This document shows, in pieces, positions 29,046-40,162 of a stretch of 64,000 nt of DNA; position 1 is the stretch's first letter; the number at the start of each line of letters is the position of its first letter. Origin of the DNA: Candidatus Latescibacterota bacterium (lineage in GTDB: Bacteria; Latescibacterota; CBDEFO01); assembly GCA_965237525.1 (NCBI GenBank), contig CBDEFO010000008.1, positions 1,408,001-1,472,000 on the forward strand, read 5' to 3'. Made by a program: the position numbers and the translations under genes. The notes beneath the pieces were generated by a model. The model was not told where the DNA came from, searched no databases, and saw only the letters and a program-made list of their open reading frames with translations.

Positions 29046-32000
29046 ATGCCGAAAAGATACGATATACACAAAATTATGATCATAGGGTCAGGGCCTATCA
29101 TAATAGGTCAGGCGTGCGAGTTCGATTATTCGGGGACGCAGGCGTGCAAGGCTCTAAGGGAGGAGGGATTCGAAATCGTCCTTGTAAACAGCAATCCCGC
29201 TACAATTATGACTGACCCTGAGATGGCGGACAAAACTTACATCGAACCTATTATCCCTGAGATATGCGAAAAGATTATCGAAAGGGAACGGCCCGACGCC
29301 CTCCTGCCTACTTTAGGTGGTCAGACAGGATTGAACATCTCGGTGGAGCTTGCGGAAAGCAAAGTCCTGGAGAGATTCGGCGTGGAGATGATAGGGGCCA
29401 AACTGGCGGCGATCAAAAAGGCAGAAGACAGAGAGCTCTTTAAGAAGACTATGGAAAAGGCCGGGGTCGATCTCCCCAAAGGGAGGTTCGCTTATTCCCT
29501 CAATGAGGCTGTTGATTTCCAAAAAGAGATAGGCTACCCCGCAATTATAAGGCCGTCCTTTACCTTGGGGGGCACAGGTGGAGGGATAGCTCGTGACGAT
29601 GAGGAGTTTAAAAGCTCAGCCGAGCACGGTCTGAATATGAGTCCGATACATGAGATACTGATAGAGGAATCGGTGATAGGATGGAAGGAGTTCGAGCTGG
29701 AGGTGATGAGGGACCTCAAGGATAATGTGGTAATTGTATGTTCTATTGAAAATTTAGATCCGATGGGCATCCACACAGGGGACAGCATAACTGTCGCTCC
29801 CGCTCAGACCCTCACGGACAAGGAATATCAGCTTATGAGAGACGCCGCTATAAGGGTGATCAGGGAGATAGGCGTGGAGACAGGTGGGTCGAACATACAG
29901 TTTGCAGTGAATCCAGAGGACGGGAGGATGGTGATAATCGAGATGAACCCGAGGGTATCCAGAAGCTCCGCTTTGGCGTCTAAGGCGACAGGATTCCCAA
30001 TAGCCAAGATGGCGGCCAAATTGGCGGTGGGATATACTCTGGATGAGATAAGAAACGATATTACCAGAGAGACGCCTGCTTCGTTCGAGCCCACAATAGA
30101 TTACTGCGTGGTGAAATTGCCAAGGTGGGCGTTTGAGAAGTTTCCGGGGGCAAAAGATGAGCTGAACACCCAGATGAAGTCTGTGGGCGAGACTATGGCG
30201 ATAGGCAGAACGTTTAAGGAGGCCCTTCAAAAAGGATTACGATCTTTGGAGATAGGAAGAGGAGGGCTGGGCGCCGACGGAGTCGAGATGGAACTCCCCT
30301 CAAATGGAAAATCGGAGTTTATCAGGCATAAATTGGAAGTTCCCAACGCTCAGAGGATCTTCTACATTAGAGAGGCGTTCCAGTCCAAAATGCCCCTGGA
30401 GGAGGTCCATGAACTTACGAAGATAGACCCCTGGTTCTTAGGCAATATACAGGATATTGTTCTGTTTGAGGAGGAATTAGCACTGTCCTCCAGCATAGAC
30501 AAAGATTCGCTACTGAGAGCCAAACAGTTCGGCTTCAGCGATCGTCAGTTAGCTTCGATATGGAGGACAGATGAGGAGACGATCAGGTCTCTGAGGGTGG
30601 AAGAAGGAATAATAGCCACGTTCAAGACTGTGGATACGTGCGCGGCGGAGTTTGAGGCCTATACGCCTTATCACTATTCGACTTATGAGAGCGAATGTGA
30701 GGTGGTGCATTCTAATAGTAAGAAGAAGATCGTGATCCTGGGAAGCGGTCCCAACCGAATAGGCCAGGGGATAGAGTTCGATTACTGCTGTGTGCACGCT
30801 TCGTTCGCTTTGAAAGAGGATGGATTTGAGACCATAATGGTCAACAGCAACCCTGAGACCGTAAGCACAGATTACGATACATCAGATAAGCTCTATTTTG
30901 AGCCGCTGACAGTGGAGGATGTACTGAACATAGTAGATAAGGAAGATCCCGACGGTGTGATAGTTCAGTTTGGAGGACAGACTCCGCTGAATCTGGCGGT
31001 TCCCCTAGAAAGAGCGGGCGTGAAAATCTTAGGGACATCGCCGGACAGCATAGACCTTGCAGAGGACAGGAAACGTTTCGGGGCGCTGATCGAAGAATTG
31101 GGGATAAGACAGCCCGAAAACGGGGCAGCGACCAGTTTCCATGAGGCAAGAAAGATCGCAGCGGACATAAGCTATCCCGTTTTGGTAAGGCCGTCTTACG
31201 TGCTGGGCGGAAGGGCTATGGTCATCGTCCACGATGAAGGATCCTTAGAGAGGTATATGCATGAAGCTGTCAGGGTGTCGCCGCTCCATCCGGTGCTGAT
31301 AGATAAGTTTTTGGAGGACGCCTACGAATTGGATGTGGACGCTGTGTGTGATGAGAACGACGTAGTTATCGGCGGAATCATGGAGCACGTGGAAGCGGCG
31401 GGCATCCATTCTGGCGACAGCGCGTGCGTGGTACCTCCCAATTCTATCTGTGACAGGGAAATTGGAAAGATGAAGGAGCATGTTCGGGATCTAGCCAAGG
31501 CTTTGGAAGTCGTGGGCTTGATGAACGTGCAATACGCTGTGAAGAACAAAGAGATCTATGTGCTCGAGGTGAATCCGAGGGCGTCCAGGACTGTTCCTTT
31601 TATAAGCAAGGCAATAGGGGTACCTCTGGCCAAGATAGCGGCACGGGTGATGGTTGGAAAGACCTTAAAAGAGCAGGGATTCACGTCGGAGGTGCACATA
31701 AAGCACACAGCAGTTAAAGAGGCGGTTCTGCCGTTTATAAAGTTTTCCGGCGTGGATTCTATATTGGGACCTGAGATGAAGTCCACAGGCGAGGTTATGG
31801 GCATAGATACCAGCTTTGGAGCCAGCTTTTTGAAGGCTCAGCTATCTGCCGGATTCAGGATGCCACTGTCGGGAAAGGTGTTTATGAGCGTGAACGATAA
31901 GGACAAAGCCTCAGTGATTCCGATAGCCAGGAAGCTTTACGAAATGGGATTTAAGATTGTGGCTACTGAGGGGACGTACAAGTTCCTGAAACAGAACAAA

Positions 32001-32309
32001 ATACCGTCTGATCAGATTCTAAAGGTGCATGAGGGGAGTCCGAATATACTAGATTCCATACGCAACGATGAGATAGACTTGATGATAAATACCCCATACG
32101 ACAAGCGGTTGGGTGAGATGTCTCAGGTAGACGACCGACAGATCAGGAGAGCAGCGATCATGAAAAATGTGGCGTACACCACTACGATTTCCGGGGCTGC
32201 GGCTGTCGTATCGGGAGTTGAAGCTTTGAGGAATGGATCCTTGAAGGTTAAGACTTTGCAGGAGTATCATAAGGAGGCGCTCCAAGTCGATGGCGAGCAG
32301 GACTCGTAG
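29046..32309 (+). CDS. carB: Carbamoyl-phosphate synthase large subunit
   Basis: [24 protein letters not shown], duplicated ATP-grasp, MGS domain. Confidence 0.98.
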   Translation: MPKRYDIHKIMIIGSGPIIIGQACEFDYSGTQACKALREEGFEIVLVNSNPATIMTDPEMADKTYIEPIIPEICEKIIERERPDALLPTLGGQTGLNISVELAESKVLERFGVEMIGAKLAAIKKAEDRELFKKTMEKAGVDLPKGRFAYSLNEAVDFQKEIGYPAIIRPSFTLGGTGGGIARDDEEFKSSAEHGLNMSPIHEILIEESVIGWKEFELEVMRDLKDNVVIVCSIENLDPMGIHTGDSITVAPAQTLTDKEYQLMRDAAIRVIREIGVETGGSNIQFAVNPEDGRMVIIEMNPRVSRSSALASKATGFPIAKMAAKLAVGYTLDEIRNDITRETPASFEPTIDYCVVKLPRWAFEKFPGAKDELNTQMKSVGETMAIGRTFKEALQKGLRSLEIGRGGLGADGVEMELPSNGKSEFIRHKLEVPNAQRIFYIREAFQSKMPLEEVHELTKIDPWFLGNIQDIVLFEEELALSSSIDKDSLLRAKQFGFSDRQLASIWRTDEETIRSLRVEEGIIATFKTVDTCAAEFEAYTPYHYSTYESECEVVHSNSKKKIVILGSGPNRIGQGIEFDYCCVHASFALKEDGFETIMVNSNPETVSTDYDTSDKLYFEPLTVEDVLNIVDKEDPDGVIVQFGGQTPLNLAVPLERAGVKILGTSPDSIDLAEDRKRFGALIEELGIRQPENGAATSFHEARKIAADISYPVLVRPSYVLGGRAMVIVHDEGSLERYMHEAVRVSPLHPVLIDKFLEDAYELDVDAVCDENDVVIGGIMEHVEAAGIHSGDSACVVPPNSICDREIGKMKEHVRDLAKALEVVGLMNVQYAVKNKEIYVLEVNPRASRTVPFISKAIGVPLAKIAARVMVGKTLKEQGFTSEVHIKHTAVKEAVLPFIKFSGVDSILGPEMKSTGEVMGIDTSFGASFLKAQLSAGFRMPLSGKVFMSVNDKDKASVIPIARKLYEMGFKIVATEGTYKFLKQNKIPSDQILKVHEGSPNILDSIRNDEIDLMINTPYDKRLGEMSQVDDRQIRRAAIMKNVAYTTTISGAAAVVSGVEALRNGSLKVKTLQEYHKEALQVDGEQDS

Positions 32310-34200
32310 CTTTGGATATTTAAAGTGGGGGGAGCTTTTTTTAGTATGCGCCGTCCTTCTATCCACTTGGGGCTGCGCATATTTTAACACCTTCTACAAC
32401 GCGAAAAGGCTCTTTAACCAAGCAGAAAAGAACCGCAAAAAGGTGGAAAAGGAATCACTTTCAGATAGGGATAAACAGAATCTGAGAAGGTCTTATCGTA
32501 AGGCGTACGAAGAGGTGGTAAGAAAGGCGTCTGCAGTCTTAGAGTTCTATCCAAACAGCAAGTGGGTGGACGATAGCCTGATGCTCCTTGGCAAGTCATT
32601 CTACTTTCAATCAGAATACTTAAAGGGGGCGCGTAAGTTTGAAGAACTTCAGGTAAATTTCCCAGATAGCAAGTTCGTACCGGAGGCTAAATATTGGCAG
32701 GGATTGTGCTACTGGAAGTCAGGAAGATATGGGGACGCCAAGGTACTCCTCAGAAAAGCGTCAAATAGGGAAGACTTTAAGCTTGCCGACGACGCTTTAT
32801 TTGCTCTGGGCGAAATGAACTTCGAAAATGAGGACTATATAGCGGCTCTGGAGGAATATAAAGAGGCTCTTTCTCGCTTCAAAAAGAGCGATATTAAAGC
32901 TAAACTGTGGCAGCGTATCGGCAAGGTGAATATTATCCTGGACAGACCCCATGAAGTTATAGATGCCTTTCGCATGGTCTTAAAGCAAAATCCTGATTCC
33001 AATACAGAATATGAAGCGAGGCTGAAAATCGGGGAACTCTTTGAGTCTCAGGGCAGGTACGAGGATGCGTTAAAGATATACCAAGAATTCATTAAAGACA
33101 AAAAATTCGGAGGATACAAGACCAGAACGCTGCTTAGGATTGCAAGATGCTACGACAACCTGGGTGATACGAGTAGCGCTCTCAACCTCTACCAAAAGAT
33201 TACAGACGAGGGTACCAAGACGGATGAACCGGCCGAGGCTTTGTACTTAATGGCCACTATTTATCAGAGGGAATGGAACGATCTGGAGAAGTCGGTGGAG
33301 CTTTTGGAAAGAGCTGAAAAGGAAGCAAGAAGCGAAGAAATAAGAACTCTGGCGCAAAACCGCCTCCGGGATATAAGGCAGCTGGAAGAATACCAAAAGG
33401 GTGCAGCGGACACTACCGACAGTGCTGCCAGGTCTCTCATCTTGATGGCGGAGCTTTACAGATACAGGTTAGGACAGATAGATTCAGCATTGGCTCTGTA
33501 TCACAAGGTTACAGAAAGGTTCCCCCAGAGCGATCTTGCGCCTAAGGCTGCTTACTGCGTCGGATGGATAAAAAAGGAGGTGCAGAACGACACTTTAGCG
33601 TGGAAGGAGACGCTTGAGGAAATATTGGAAAAGTATCCGAAGACGGAGTACGCAGAGGCGGCAAAGGAACATTTAGGGCTCTCAGAATCTGAGGATGGGA
33701 AGAGTGACAAGGCCAAGGTGATATTCTTGGAGGCGGAGTCGCTATTGTTCGGCAAAGGGGAGCCGAACGATTACATATCAAAATTCGAAGAGATAATATC
33801 AAATCATCCTCAGAGCGAGTATGCATCAAAGGCATCTTACGCAGCGGCTTGGGCTTACGAGAATGTGTTGAAAGATTCGGCCTCGGCTTACCAACTCTAC
33901 GGACAGTTGGTCGAGAAGTTTCCGAAAACCGAGTACGCTTCCATAGCTCAAAAGAAGTTAAAGTTCAAAGCAGATGGAGTCAAAGAACTGTTTGTTCCAG
34001 GAGCTGACAGTGTCGCTACCGATACATCGAGTCTCAAGGAAGATATACATCTTTTGGCTGACCAGGAGGATACACTTACATCTGATATTGAGGAGCATCA
34101 GATGGAAGACGAAGAATGGTGGCAAGAGGATCAACAGTGGCGCCAAGATAAGGGCGAAGATGGAAAATATGTTGTGGAGGAAGGTGGGGAATATAATTGA
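32290..34200 (+). CDS. TPR-repeat lipoprotein
   Basis: Lipobox [11 protein letters not shown], multiple YP.S..A..A TPR units, acidic tail. Confidence 0.85.
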   Translation: MASRTRSFGYLKWGELFLVCAVLLSTWGCAYFNTFYNAKRLFNQAEKNRKKVEKESLSDRDKQNLRRSYRKAYEEVVRKASAVLEFYPNSKWVDDSLMLLGKSFYFQSEYLKGARKFEELQVNFPDSKFVPEAKYWQGLCYWKSGRYGDAKVLLRKASNREDFKLADDALFALGEMNFENEDYIAALEEYKEALSRFKKSDIKAKLWQRIGKVNIILDRPHEVIDAFRMVLKQNPDSNTEYEARLKIGELFESQGRYEDALKIYQEFIKDKKFGGYKTRTLLRIARCYDNLGDTSSALNLYQKITDEGTKTDEPAEALYLMATIYQREWNDLEKSVELLERAEKEARSEEIRTLAQNRLRDIRQLEEYQKGAADTTDSAARSLILMAELYRYRLGQIDSALALYHKVTERFPQSDLAPKAAYCVGWIKKEVQNDTLAWKETLEEILEKYPKTEYAEAAKEHLGLSESEDGKSDKAKVIFLEAESLLFGKGEPNDYISKFEEIISNHPQSEYASKASYAAAWAYENVLKDSASAYQLYGQLVEKFPKTEYASIAQKKLKFKADGVKELFVPGADSVATDTSSLKEDIHLLADQEDTLTSDIEEHQMEDEEWWQEDQQWRQDKGEDGKYVVEEGGEYN

Positions 34201-34256
34201 GTGGCAGCAGTACGTATCAGAAACGCAGGTGGAGCGCCTACCAGAAGCGACCGACA

Positions 34257-35363
34257 ATGACTCAAGATGAGGAATTCATCGCTTACACTCTATCTTTAGC
34301 CGAAAAGGGCAGGGGAACCGCAAATCCCAATCCGCTCGTAGGGACGGTAGTAGTAAAAAACGGCATCGTAATAGGGGAGGGATTTCACAGGAAAGCGGGC
34401 GAGTCACACGCCGAAGTTATAGCTTTGAATCAGGCCGGAGATGAGGCAAAAGGGGCCCATCTTTATGTGAACCTGGAGCCGTGCTCTCACTTCGGAAGGA
34501 CCCCCCCGTGCTCGGACATGATCATCGAAAGGGGGATAGAAAGAGTCGTCTGTTCGATGAAGGATCCGTATACCAAGGTATCAGGAATAGGAATAGAAAA
34601 GCTTAAAAGGGCGCAGATAGAGGTCGTATGCGGTGTCCTTGAGGATGAAGCGATCAAGCAAAATGAAGTGTATTTGAAGTATGTAAGTGTCGGACTCCCA
34701 TTTGTGACGCTGAAGATAGCTCAATCCTTAGATGGAAAGATAGCGACAAAGACAGGAGATTCCAAGTGGATAACTTCCGAAGAATCCCGAAAACGTGTCC
34801 ACAGGATGAGGGCTGAGGCGGACGCTGTCCTGGTTGGAATCAACACTGTGCTTGCGGACGATCCATTTCTGAACACAAGATCGGTAGGAGGGCAAGATCC
34901 GATAAAGATAGTTCTGGACAGCACCCCCAGAATGCCTCTGAATTCTAAAGTGCTTTCGGGAGCGCCGCTTATAGTGGCTGCCTGCAACGGCGCAGATAAA
35001 AGCCGGATAAATAGCCTGGAAAAGCGGGGTGCTGATGTCTGGCTTCTGCCTCCTTTGAACGGAAAGGTGGATATAAAGGAAGTGATGAGGAAAGCGGCAG
35101 AGCAGGAGATATCCCATGTTCTGATAGAAGGCGGCTCTTGTGTGGCGTCGTCGGCGCTCTCGATGGGGATAGTGGATAAGATCGTCGTCTTTATAGCTCC
35201 TAAGATCATAGGCAAAGGAACAGAATCTATCGGGGACATAAAGGTTGAGAACCTGTCGGATTGTGTTGCACTGAGGGATGTGGAGATAGAGAGAATGGGA
35301 GACGATCTTATGTACTCCGCAAAAATCAGTAGACCGTGGACAGGGAAAGGCGAAAGGCAGTAG
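34257..35363 (+). CDS. ribD: Riboflavin biosynthesis deaminase/reductase
   Basis: PNPLVG, HAE, LEPCSHFGRTPPC, SLDGKIA, IEGG. Confidence 0.96.
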   Translation: MTQDEEFIAYTLSLAEKGRGTANPNPLVGTVVVKNGIVIGEGFHRKAGESHAEVIALNQAGDEAKGAHLYVNLEPCSHFGRTPPCSDMIIERGIERVVCSMKDPYTKVSGIGIEKLKRAQIEVVCGVLEDEAIKQNEVYLKYVSVGLPFVTLKIAQSLDGKIATKTGDSKWITSEESRKRVHRMRAEADAVLVGINTVLADDPFLNTRSVGGQDPIKIVLDSTPRMPLNSKVLSGAPLIVAACNGADKSRINSLEKRGADVWLLPPLNGKVDIKEVMRKAAEQEISHVLIEGGSCVASSALSMGIVDKIVVFIAPKIIGKGTESIGDIKVENLSDCVALRDVEIERMGDDLMYSAKISRPWTGKGERQ

Positions 35364-35411
35364 TGGCAGACCCGTGTGTCTGCCCTGAAAATAATGTAGG
35401 GGCGAGGGCAC
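35362..35411 (+). repeat. REP-like palindromes between ribD and ribE
   Basis: GGCAGACCCGTGTGTCTGCC and GTAGGGGCGAGG. Confidence 0.5.
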
Positions 35412-35549
35412 TTTGTTCTTTTTGTTGTCTCCACACACCAACAGAGCGCCTACGACGCCCAGAGGCCAGTAGAAAGGAAAGCGAAGCAGCCTCAAGGCAC
35501 TGAGCGGTGTCCCTATCTACCGTCTACTTGTATTTCAGGGGACTGATGT

Positions 35550-36191
35550 TTGTTTACAGGCATAATAGAAGAGCTGGGAGAGGTAGCGCATAAGGACAGA
35601 AAGGGGATGTTTCAAAGGACAGTGGTGCGGGCGCCTAAAACGATCGAAGATGTGGACGTCGGGGACAGTGTAAACATAAATGGGGCCTGTCAGACAGTCG
35701 TGGAGATAGCAGACGGAGCTTTCGTATTCGAGTCCGTGGAGGAGACGCTAAAGAGGACCACTTTAGGCGATCTTAAGGCAGGAGACAAGGTCAATCTGGA
35801 GAGGTCTTTAAGGCTCGAAGGACGCCTGGGCGGCCATCTGGTCCTGGGTCACGTGGACGGTGTGGGGAAGATACTTAAAGAGGAAGATCAGAGCCAAAGT
35901 CTGCTATTTACGATAGAATTTCCCGAAACTTTAGGAAGGTACATAGCATCTAAGGGTTCGATAGCCCTGGACGGAATAAGCCTTACTGTGGTGTCGGCTC
36001 TTTCGGATAGATTCACTGTGGCTGTCATTCCATTTACCCTTGAGCATACTACCTTGGGGACGAGCAGGATAGGAGACAGGGTAAATCTGGAAGTAGATAT
36101 CCTTGCAAGGTACGTTGAAAGATTGATGGAATTTGGAGGAGAATCGGATTCGGGAGTAACGTACGAGCAGTTAGAGGAAATGGGACTTTAA
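35550..36191 (+). CDS. ribE: Riboflavin synthase
   Basis: MFTGIIEE, VNLERS, GGHLVLGHVDG, VNLEVD. Confidence 0.96.
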   Translation: MFTGIIEELGEVAHKDRKGMFQRTVVRAPKTIEDVDVGDSVNINGACQTVVEIADGAFVFESVEETLKRTTLGDLKAGDKVNLERSLRLEGRLGGHLVLGHVDGVGKILKEEDQSQSLLFTIEFPETLGRYIASKGSIALDGISLTVVSALSDRFTVAVIPFTLEHTTLGTSRIGDRVNLEVDILARYVERLMEFGGESDSGVTYEQLEEMGL

Positions 36192-36204
36192 AGCGAGAAA
36201 AAGG

Positions 36205-37443
36205 ATGTGGGATTTCAGCAGCGTCGAGCAAACCGTAGGGGACATAGAGCAGGGCAAGATGGTGATCGTTGTGGATAACGAGGATGCAGAGAGCCCCGGC
36301 GAGTTGGTCATGGCAGCACAGTTGGTGACATCCCAGACTATAAATTTTATGTCCAGACACGGTCATGGGATGATCTGCATGCCGGCGACCAAGGAGAAAT
36401 TAGAGGAATTGGGACTCGAGATGATGGCTCCTGTGGACTTGGTTATGACAAAAGCGGCGTTTATGGTGAGCATAGATGCCGTAGGAACTACAAGGGGAGC
36501 TTCGGCCAGGGATAAGGCGATGACGATTAGGAAGTTTGCCGATCCGGATAGCCGTCCGGAGTACTTCTCATCTCCAGGACACGTCTTCCCACTTATGGCG
36601 CGTCCGGGCGGTGCCTTGAGGAGGGCAGGCCATACTGAGGCGGCGGTGGACCTTGTCCAGCTTGCGGGTTTGGAGCCTGTGGCAGTCATGTGTGGTGGGG
36701 TAATGGACGAAAGCGGAGACCTTGCCAAGCTTCCCTTTCTTGTCAGTATATCCAAGGAGTTCGATCTTAAGATAGTAACTATACAGTCCCTGATCGAATA
36801 CCGCCGAAAGTCGGAGAGCCTGGTCAAATGCCTGGTGGTGATAGAGGACTTTCCGACAAGGTTCGGCACCTTTAAGCTCCATCTTTATAAGAGCGATGTG
36901 GACAAATACCATCATGTGGCGTTGGCGCTAGGCGATATTTCAAAGGATGAGCCGATCTTGGTGAGGATGCACTCTCAATGCCTGACAGGGGACGTCTTCG
37001 GTTCTATGAAATGCGACTGTGGAGAGCAGTTAGAGCAATCTATGAGGATGATCCAAGAGGAGGGAAGGGGAGTCATAGTCTATATGAGGCAGGAGGGAAG
37101 GGGAATAGGATTAGAAAGTAAAATAAGGGCATACAAGCTTCAGGATGAAGGCTACGATACTGTTGAGGCTAATCATATATTAGGGTTTCCACCGGATATG
37201 AGAGACTACGGGATAGGAGCGCAGATTCTGACTGATCTTGGTGTGGTGAAGTTAAGAGCCCTTACGAATAATCCGTCAAAAAGAGTGGGGTTGGAGGAGC
37301 ACGGTCTGGAGATTGTTGAAAGAGTTCCGATAAAGATCAAACCTAATAAGTTTAATAAGAGATATTTAGAGACCAAGCGGGATAAGATGGGGCATATGCT
37401 TGACGATACAGATGAGGATAAAGGAAAGGAATGTCATGGCTAA
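36205..37443 (+). CDS. ribBA: RibBA fusion: intact GTP cyclohydrolase II with a degenerate DHBP synthase domain
   Basis: [31 protein letters not shown] intact; RENEGD replaced by AESPGE. Confidence 0.93.
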   Translation: MWDFSSVEQTVGDIEQGKMVIVVDNEDAESPGELVMAAQLVTSQTINFMSRHGHGMICMPATKEKLEELGLEMMAPVDLVMTKAAFMVSIDAVGTTRGASARDKAMTIRKFADPDSRPEYFSSPGHVFPLMARPGGALRRAGHTEAAVDLVQLAGLEPVAVMCGGVMDESGDLAKLPFLVSISKEFDLKIVTIQSLIEYRRKSESLVKCLVVIEDFPTRFGTFKLHLYKSDVDKYHHVALALGDISKDEPILVRMHSQCLTGDVFGSMKCDCGEQLEQSMRMIQEEGRGVIVYMRQEGRGIGLESKIRAYKLQDEGYDTVEANHILGFPPDMRDYGIGAQILTDLGVVKLRALTNNPSKRVGLEEHGLEIVERVPIKIKPNKFNKRYLETKRDKMGHMLDDTDEDKGKECHG

Positions 37444-37912
37444 GGTGTATGAAGGTCAGCTCTCGGCTCTCGGGAAGAGCTTCGCCATCGTGGTGAGCCG
37501 CTTCAATGAGATAATCACGACAAGACTTTTGGAGGGGGCCTTAGATTCTTTGAAGCGGCACGGTGCGGATGAAGAGAGTATAGAGATAGCCCGGGTTCCT
37601 GGGGCGCTCGAGATTCCGATCGTAGCTCAAAAGCTGGCATCGAGCGGCAAGTTCGATGCCATTATCTGCCTTGGAGCTATCCTAAGGGGACAGACACCGC
37701 ATTTTGACTACGTTGCGGGCGAATCGGCAAAGGGCATAGCGCAGGTGGGATTGAAAACGGGCGTCCCGACCATCTTTGGAATCGTGACCGCAGATACAGT
37801 GGAGCAGGCCTTAGACAGAGCGGGATTGAAGGCCGGAAACAGGGGATCGGACGCCGCTATAAGTGCGATTGAGATGGCCGATCTCATGATCCAGTTCGAT
37901 GGAAAAAGCTAA
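37436..37912 (+). CDS. ribH: 6,7-dimethyl-8-ribityllumazine synthase
   Basis: [24 protein letters not shown]. Confidence 0.96.
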   Translation: MAKVYEGQLSALGKSFAIVVSRFNEIITTRLLEGALDSLKRHGADEESIEIARVPGALEIPIVAQKLASSGKFDAIICLGAILRGQTPHFDYVAGESAKGIAQVGLKTGVPTIFGIVTADTVEQALDRAGLKAGNRGSDAAISAIEMADLMIQFDGKS

Positions 37913-37920
37913 GGAAAGAT

Positions 37921-38340
37921 ATGTCCACTAGGAGGAAGGCTCGTAAAGTTGCGCTCCAGTCCTTATATTGGGTGGAAAGTGCGGATGATCCGATAGAAGT
38001 GGCGCTGGAAGATGTGGCAAAGAAGGCGAAATTGACACCTGATCTTAGAGGTTTTGCTCTTAGACTCTGTCAGGGGGTGCTGCAGAATAAGGCGCATTTT
38101 GAGTCGCTGATCAAAGAGATAGTGGAACATTGGGAGTTTAGTAGGATCTCCAAGGTGGACAGAATAATTATGTACATAGCCCTTGCGGAGATCCTATTTT
38201 TTGACGACATTCCGCCCAAGGTATCCATTAACGAAGCCATAGAGCTTGCAAAGGACTTCGGCGGAGAGCGCTCGTGGGACTTTGTGAACGGAATTCTGGA
38301 CGCCATTGTGAAAAAAGAAGAGTTATTGAAAGAAGAATAG
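37921..38340 (+). CDS. nusB: Transcription antitermination factor NusB
   Basis: RRKARKVALQ, VSINEAIELAK, FVNGILD. Confidence 0.96.
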   Translation: MSTRRKARKVALQSLYWVESADDPIEVALEDVAKKAKLTPDLRGFALRLCQGVLQNKAHFESLIKEIVEHWEFSRISKVDRIIMYIALAEILFFDDIPPKVSINEAIELAKDFGGERSWDFVNGILDAIVKKEELLKEE

Positions 38341-38489
38341 CATATCACTTTGGGAGTAGACGGAACTCAAAGGTTCTAAAAAAGCGCAAGCAACGTCATT
38401 CTGACCCCCCCGAGCGAATCTACCGGGGGTTAAATCGGGCGCAACTAAGCAATCTCATTTGGACTGTTTCTTCCTTTACTTTGACCCAT

Positions 38490-39269
38490 ATGTATATTGA
38501 GAAGTTACGTAGCGTTGTAGTCACAAAATTTGAGACCTTTGATCGCTACGAGAATCTGCTCGCCGTTTTCAGCACTCGGAAAGAGGGGATCAGTCCACCA
38601 CCTTTCGATTCTCTGAATCTGAGTATTACTTCCGGAGATTCAGAAGATAACGTCAGGAGAAATTATCAAGCATTTACGTCGGCGATCGGTGTAACTTTCA
38701 ATAAGTTAGCCCGGACGCGGCAAATTCACCAAGATCAGATAGGGGTAGTTACGTCTCCCGGGATCTACAGAGGTAATGACGCTCTCATCACGGATAGGGA
38801 GGATGTATATCTGGCTATCAGTGCAGCAGATTGTATCCCCCTATTCCTCTACGATCCTGTAAAGCGAGTCTGCGGTGCAGTCCACTCAGGGTGGAGAGGG
38901 ACAGAGAAGGAGATCTCGAAAAAAACTGTCCAAGAGATCGTAGATCTTTTTGGAGTGAATCCCGGCGACATCAAAGCAGTGATAGGACCTTCCATAGGTG
39001 TATGTTGCTACGAAGTGGATGAGGATATAGCCCAGAGATTCGATCCAAGGTTCGTAGACCGCTCAAGTGGAACGTCCACTGCGAATGGCGAAAAGCCTCA
39101 CTTAAACTTACAGGAGGCCAACTTCTCCCAGTTGAAATCCCTCGGCGTCAAGGATGTAGAGATCGTCCACTGCTGCACAAAGTGCAATCAGGATCTGTAC
39201 TATTCATATAGAGGCGGGAACGGCGTTGCAGGCGGGATGAAAGGCGTAATTGGAATGAGAAGGAGTTAA
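38490..39269 (+). CDS. pgeF: PgeF/YfiH purine nucleoside phosphorylase-like protein
   Basis: QIH, DALIT, ADCIP, HSGWRG, GPSIGVCCYEV, YSYR. Confidence 0.92.
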   Translation: MYIEKLRSVVVTKFETFDRYENLLAVFSTRKEGISPPPFDSLNLSITSGDSEDNVRRNYQAFTSAIGVTFNKLARTRQIHQDQIGVVTSPGIYRGNDALITDREDVYLAISAADCIPLFLYDPVKRVCGAVHSGWRGTEKEISKKTVQEIVDLFGVNPGDIKAVIGPSIGVCCYEVDEDIAQRFDPRFVDRSSGTSTANGEKPHLNLQEANFSQLKSLGVKDVEIVHCCTKCNQDLYYSYRGGNGVAGGMKGVIGMRRS

Positions 39270-39274
39270 TAAAG

Positions 39275-39469
39275 ATGCTTACCTCTTTAAGGCTGCAAAA
39301 CTTCAAGTGCTTTAAGGACACAGGCAACATAGATATAAAGCCGATAACTATATTCATAGGCACCAACAACTCAGGCAAAAACAACATACTCCAGCCTCTG
39401 CTGATGTTGAAGCAGACCTTGGAGAGCGGAGATATTGAAAGTCCACTTGTTGTTAGGGCAAGAACATAG
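39275..39469 (+). pseudogene. Truncated ABC/AAA ATPase (OLD/AbiEii-like N-terminus)
   Basis: LRLQNFKCF..PITIFIGTNNSGK, then a stop after 64 aa. Confidence 0.7.
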
Positions 39470-39754
39470 ACTACGTTCTTACGAGGACTCTATCTATAAC
39501 CAAATTGGTTTCTAATGTTCTTTGCATTAACATTAGGTCTCAATGTTCCAAAATTCTTGTTCTTGTTGCTACGAAACTACATTACTACGCCAGGCATGAA
39601 GGATATGATGCAAAAGACTGGTTTCTTACCTCTGAACATTTCTGTCGAATTAGCTGTACTGATGGAATATGAAGAAGTGTATATATCGCAGAATATCAGT
39701 TGACGCTTGGAAAAGATTTCGTTCTACTTACTATAAAATCGGGCCCTTCTGCGA

Positions 39755-40162
39755 GTGTACAGTTGGTATGACGTATTACATCTCGATGCTGCAACTTTTC
39801 TGCGTTCTATTAGGAAGGAACATTTCATTGCGCTTGATCCTAAAGGGGAAATACGACGTGAATACGAAAGGAATTTAAAGGGTAAGACTGCCGCGGGTAA
39901 ATGGCTTGCAGATATAATAGGGAAAAATAGAGTGATATTCACAAGAAAGCAGTTGCCTAAGACAGATGAAGACCAATTGATCAATGATTTGGGATTTCAC
40001 AATGATGATTTGAAATTCGTTGAAGTAGCTCACCGGACTAAAGATAAACTCCTTGCCACTGAAGACAGCGATTATACTGAAGAAGTAAAGGAATATCTAT
40101 TTTCGAACCTTAAAGTTGATGTTTTAAACATCGAATCTGGACTGAAAAAAGTTGCTCTATAA
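39755..40162 (+). CDS. Putative PIN-like domain protein, N-terminus probably eroded
   Basis: DDLKFVEVA..LLATEDSDY resembles the PIN C-terminal acidic motifs; low GC. Confidence 0.45.
   Translation: MYSWYDVLHLDAATFLRSIRKEHFIALDPKGEIRREYERNLKGKTAAGKWLADIIGKNRVIFTRKQLPKTDEDQLINDLGFHNDDLKFVEVAHRTKDKLLATEDSDYTEEVKEYLFSNLKVDVLNIESGLKKVAL

Noticed and set aside
34721..35495. Long antisense ORFs (237 and 255 aa)
   Set aside because: Shadows of ribD with no recognisable motifs
35364..35549. FMN riboswitch in the rib operon gap
   Set aside because: No RFN consensus seen; the gap holds REP-like palindromes
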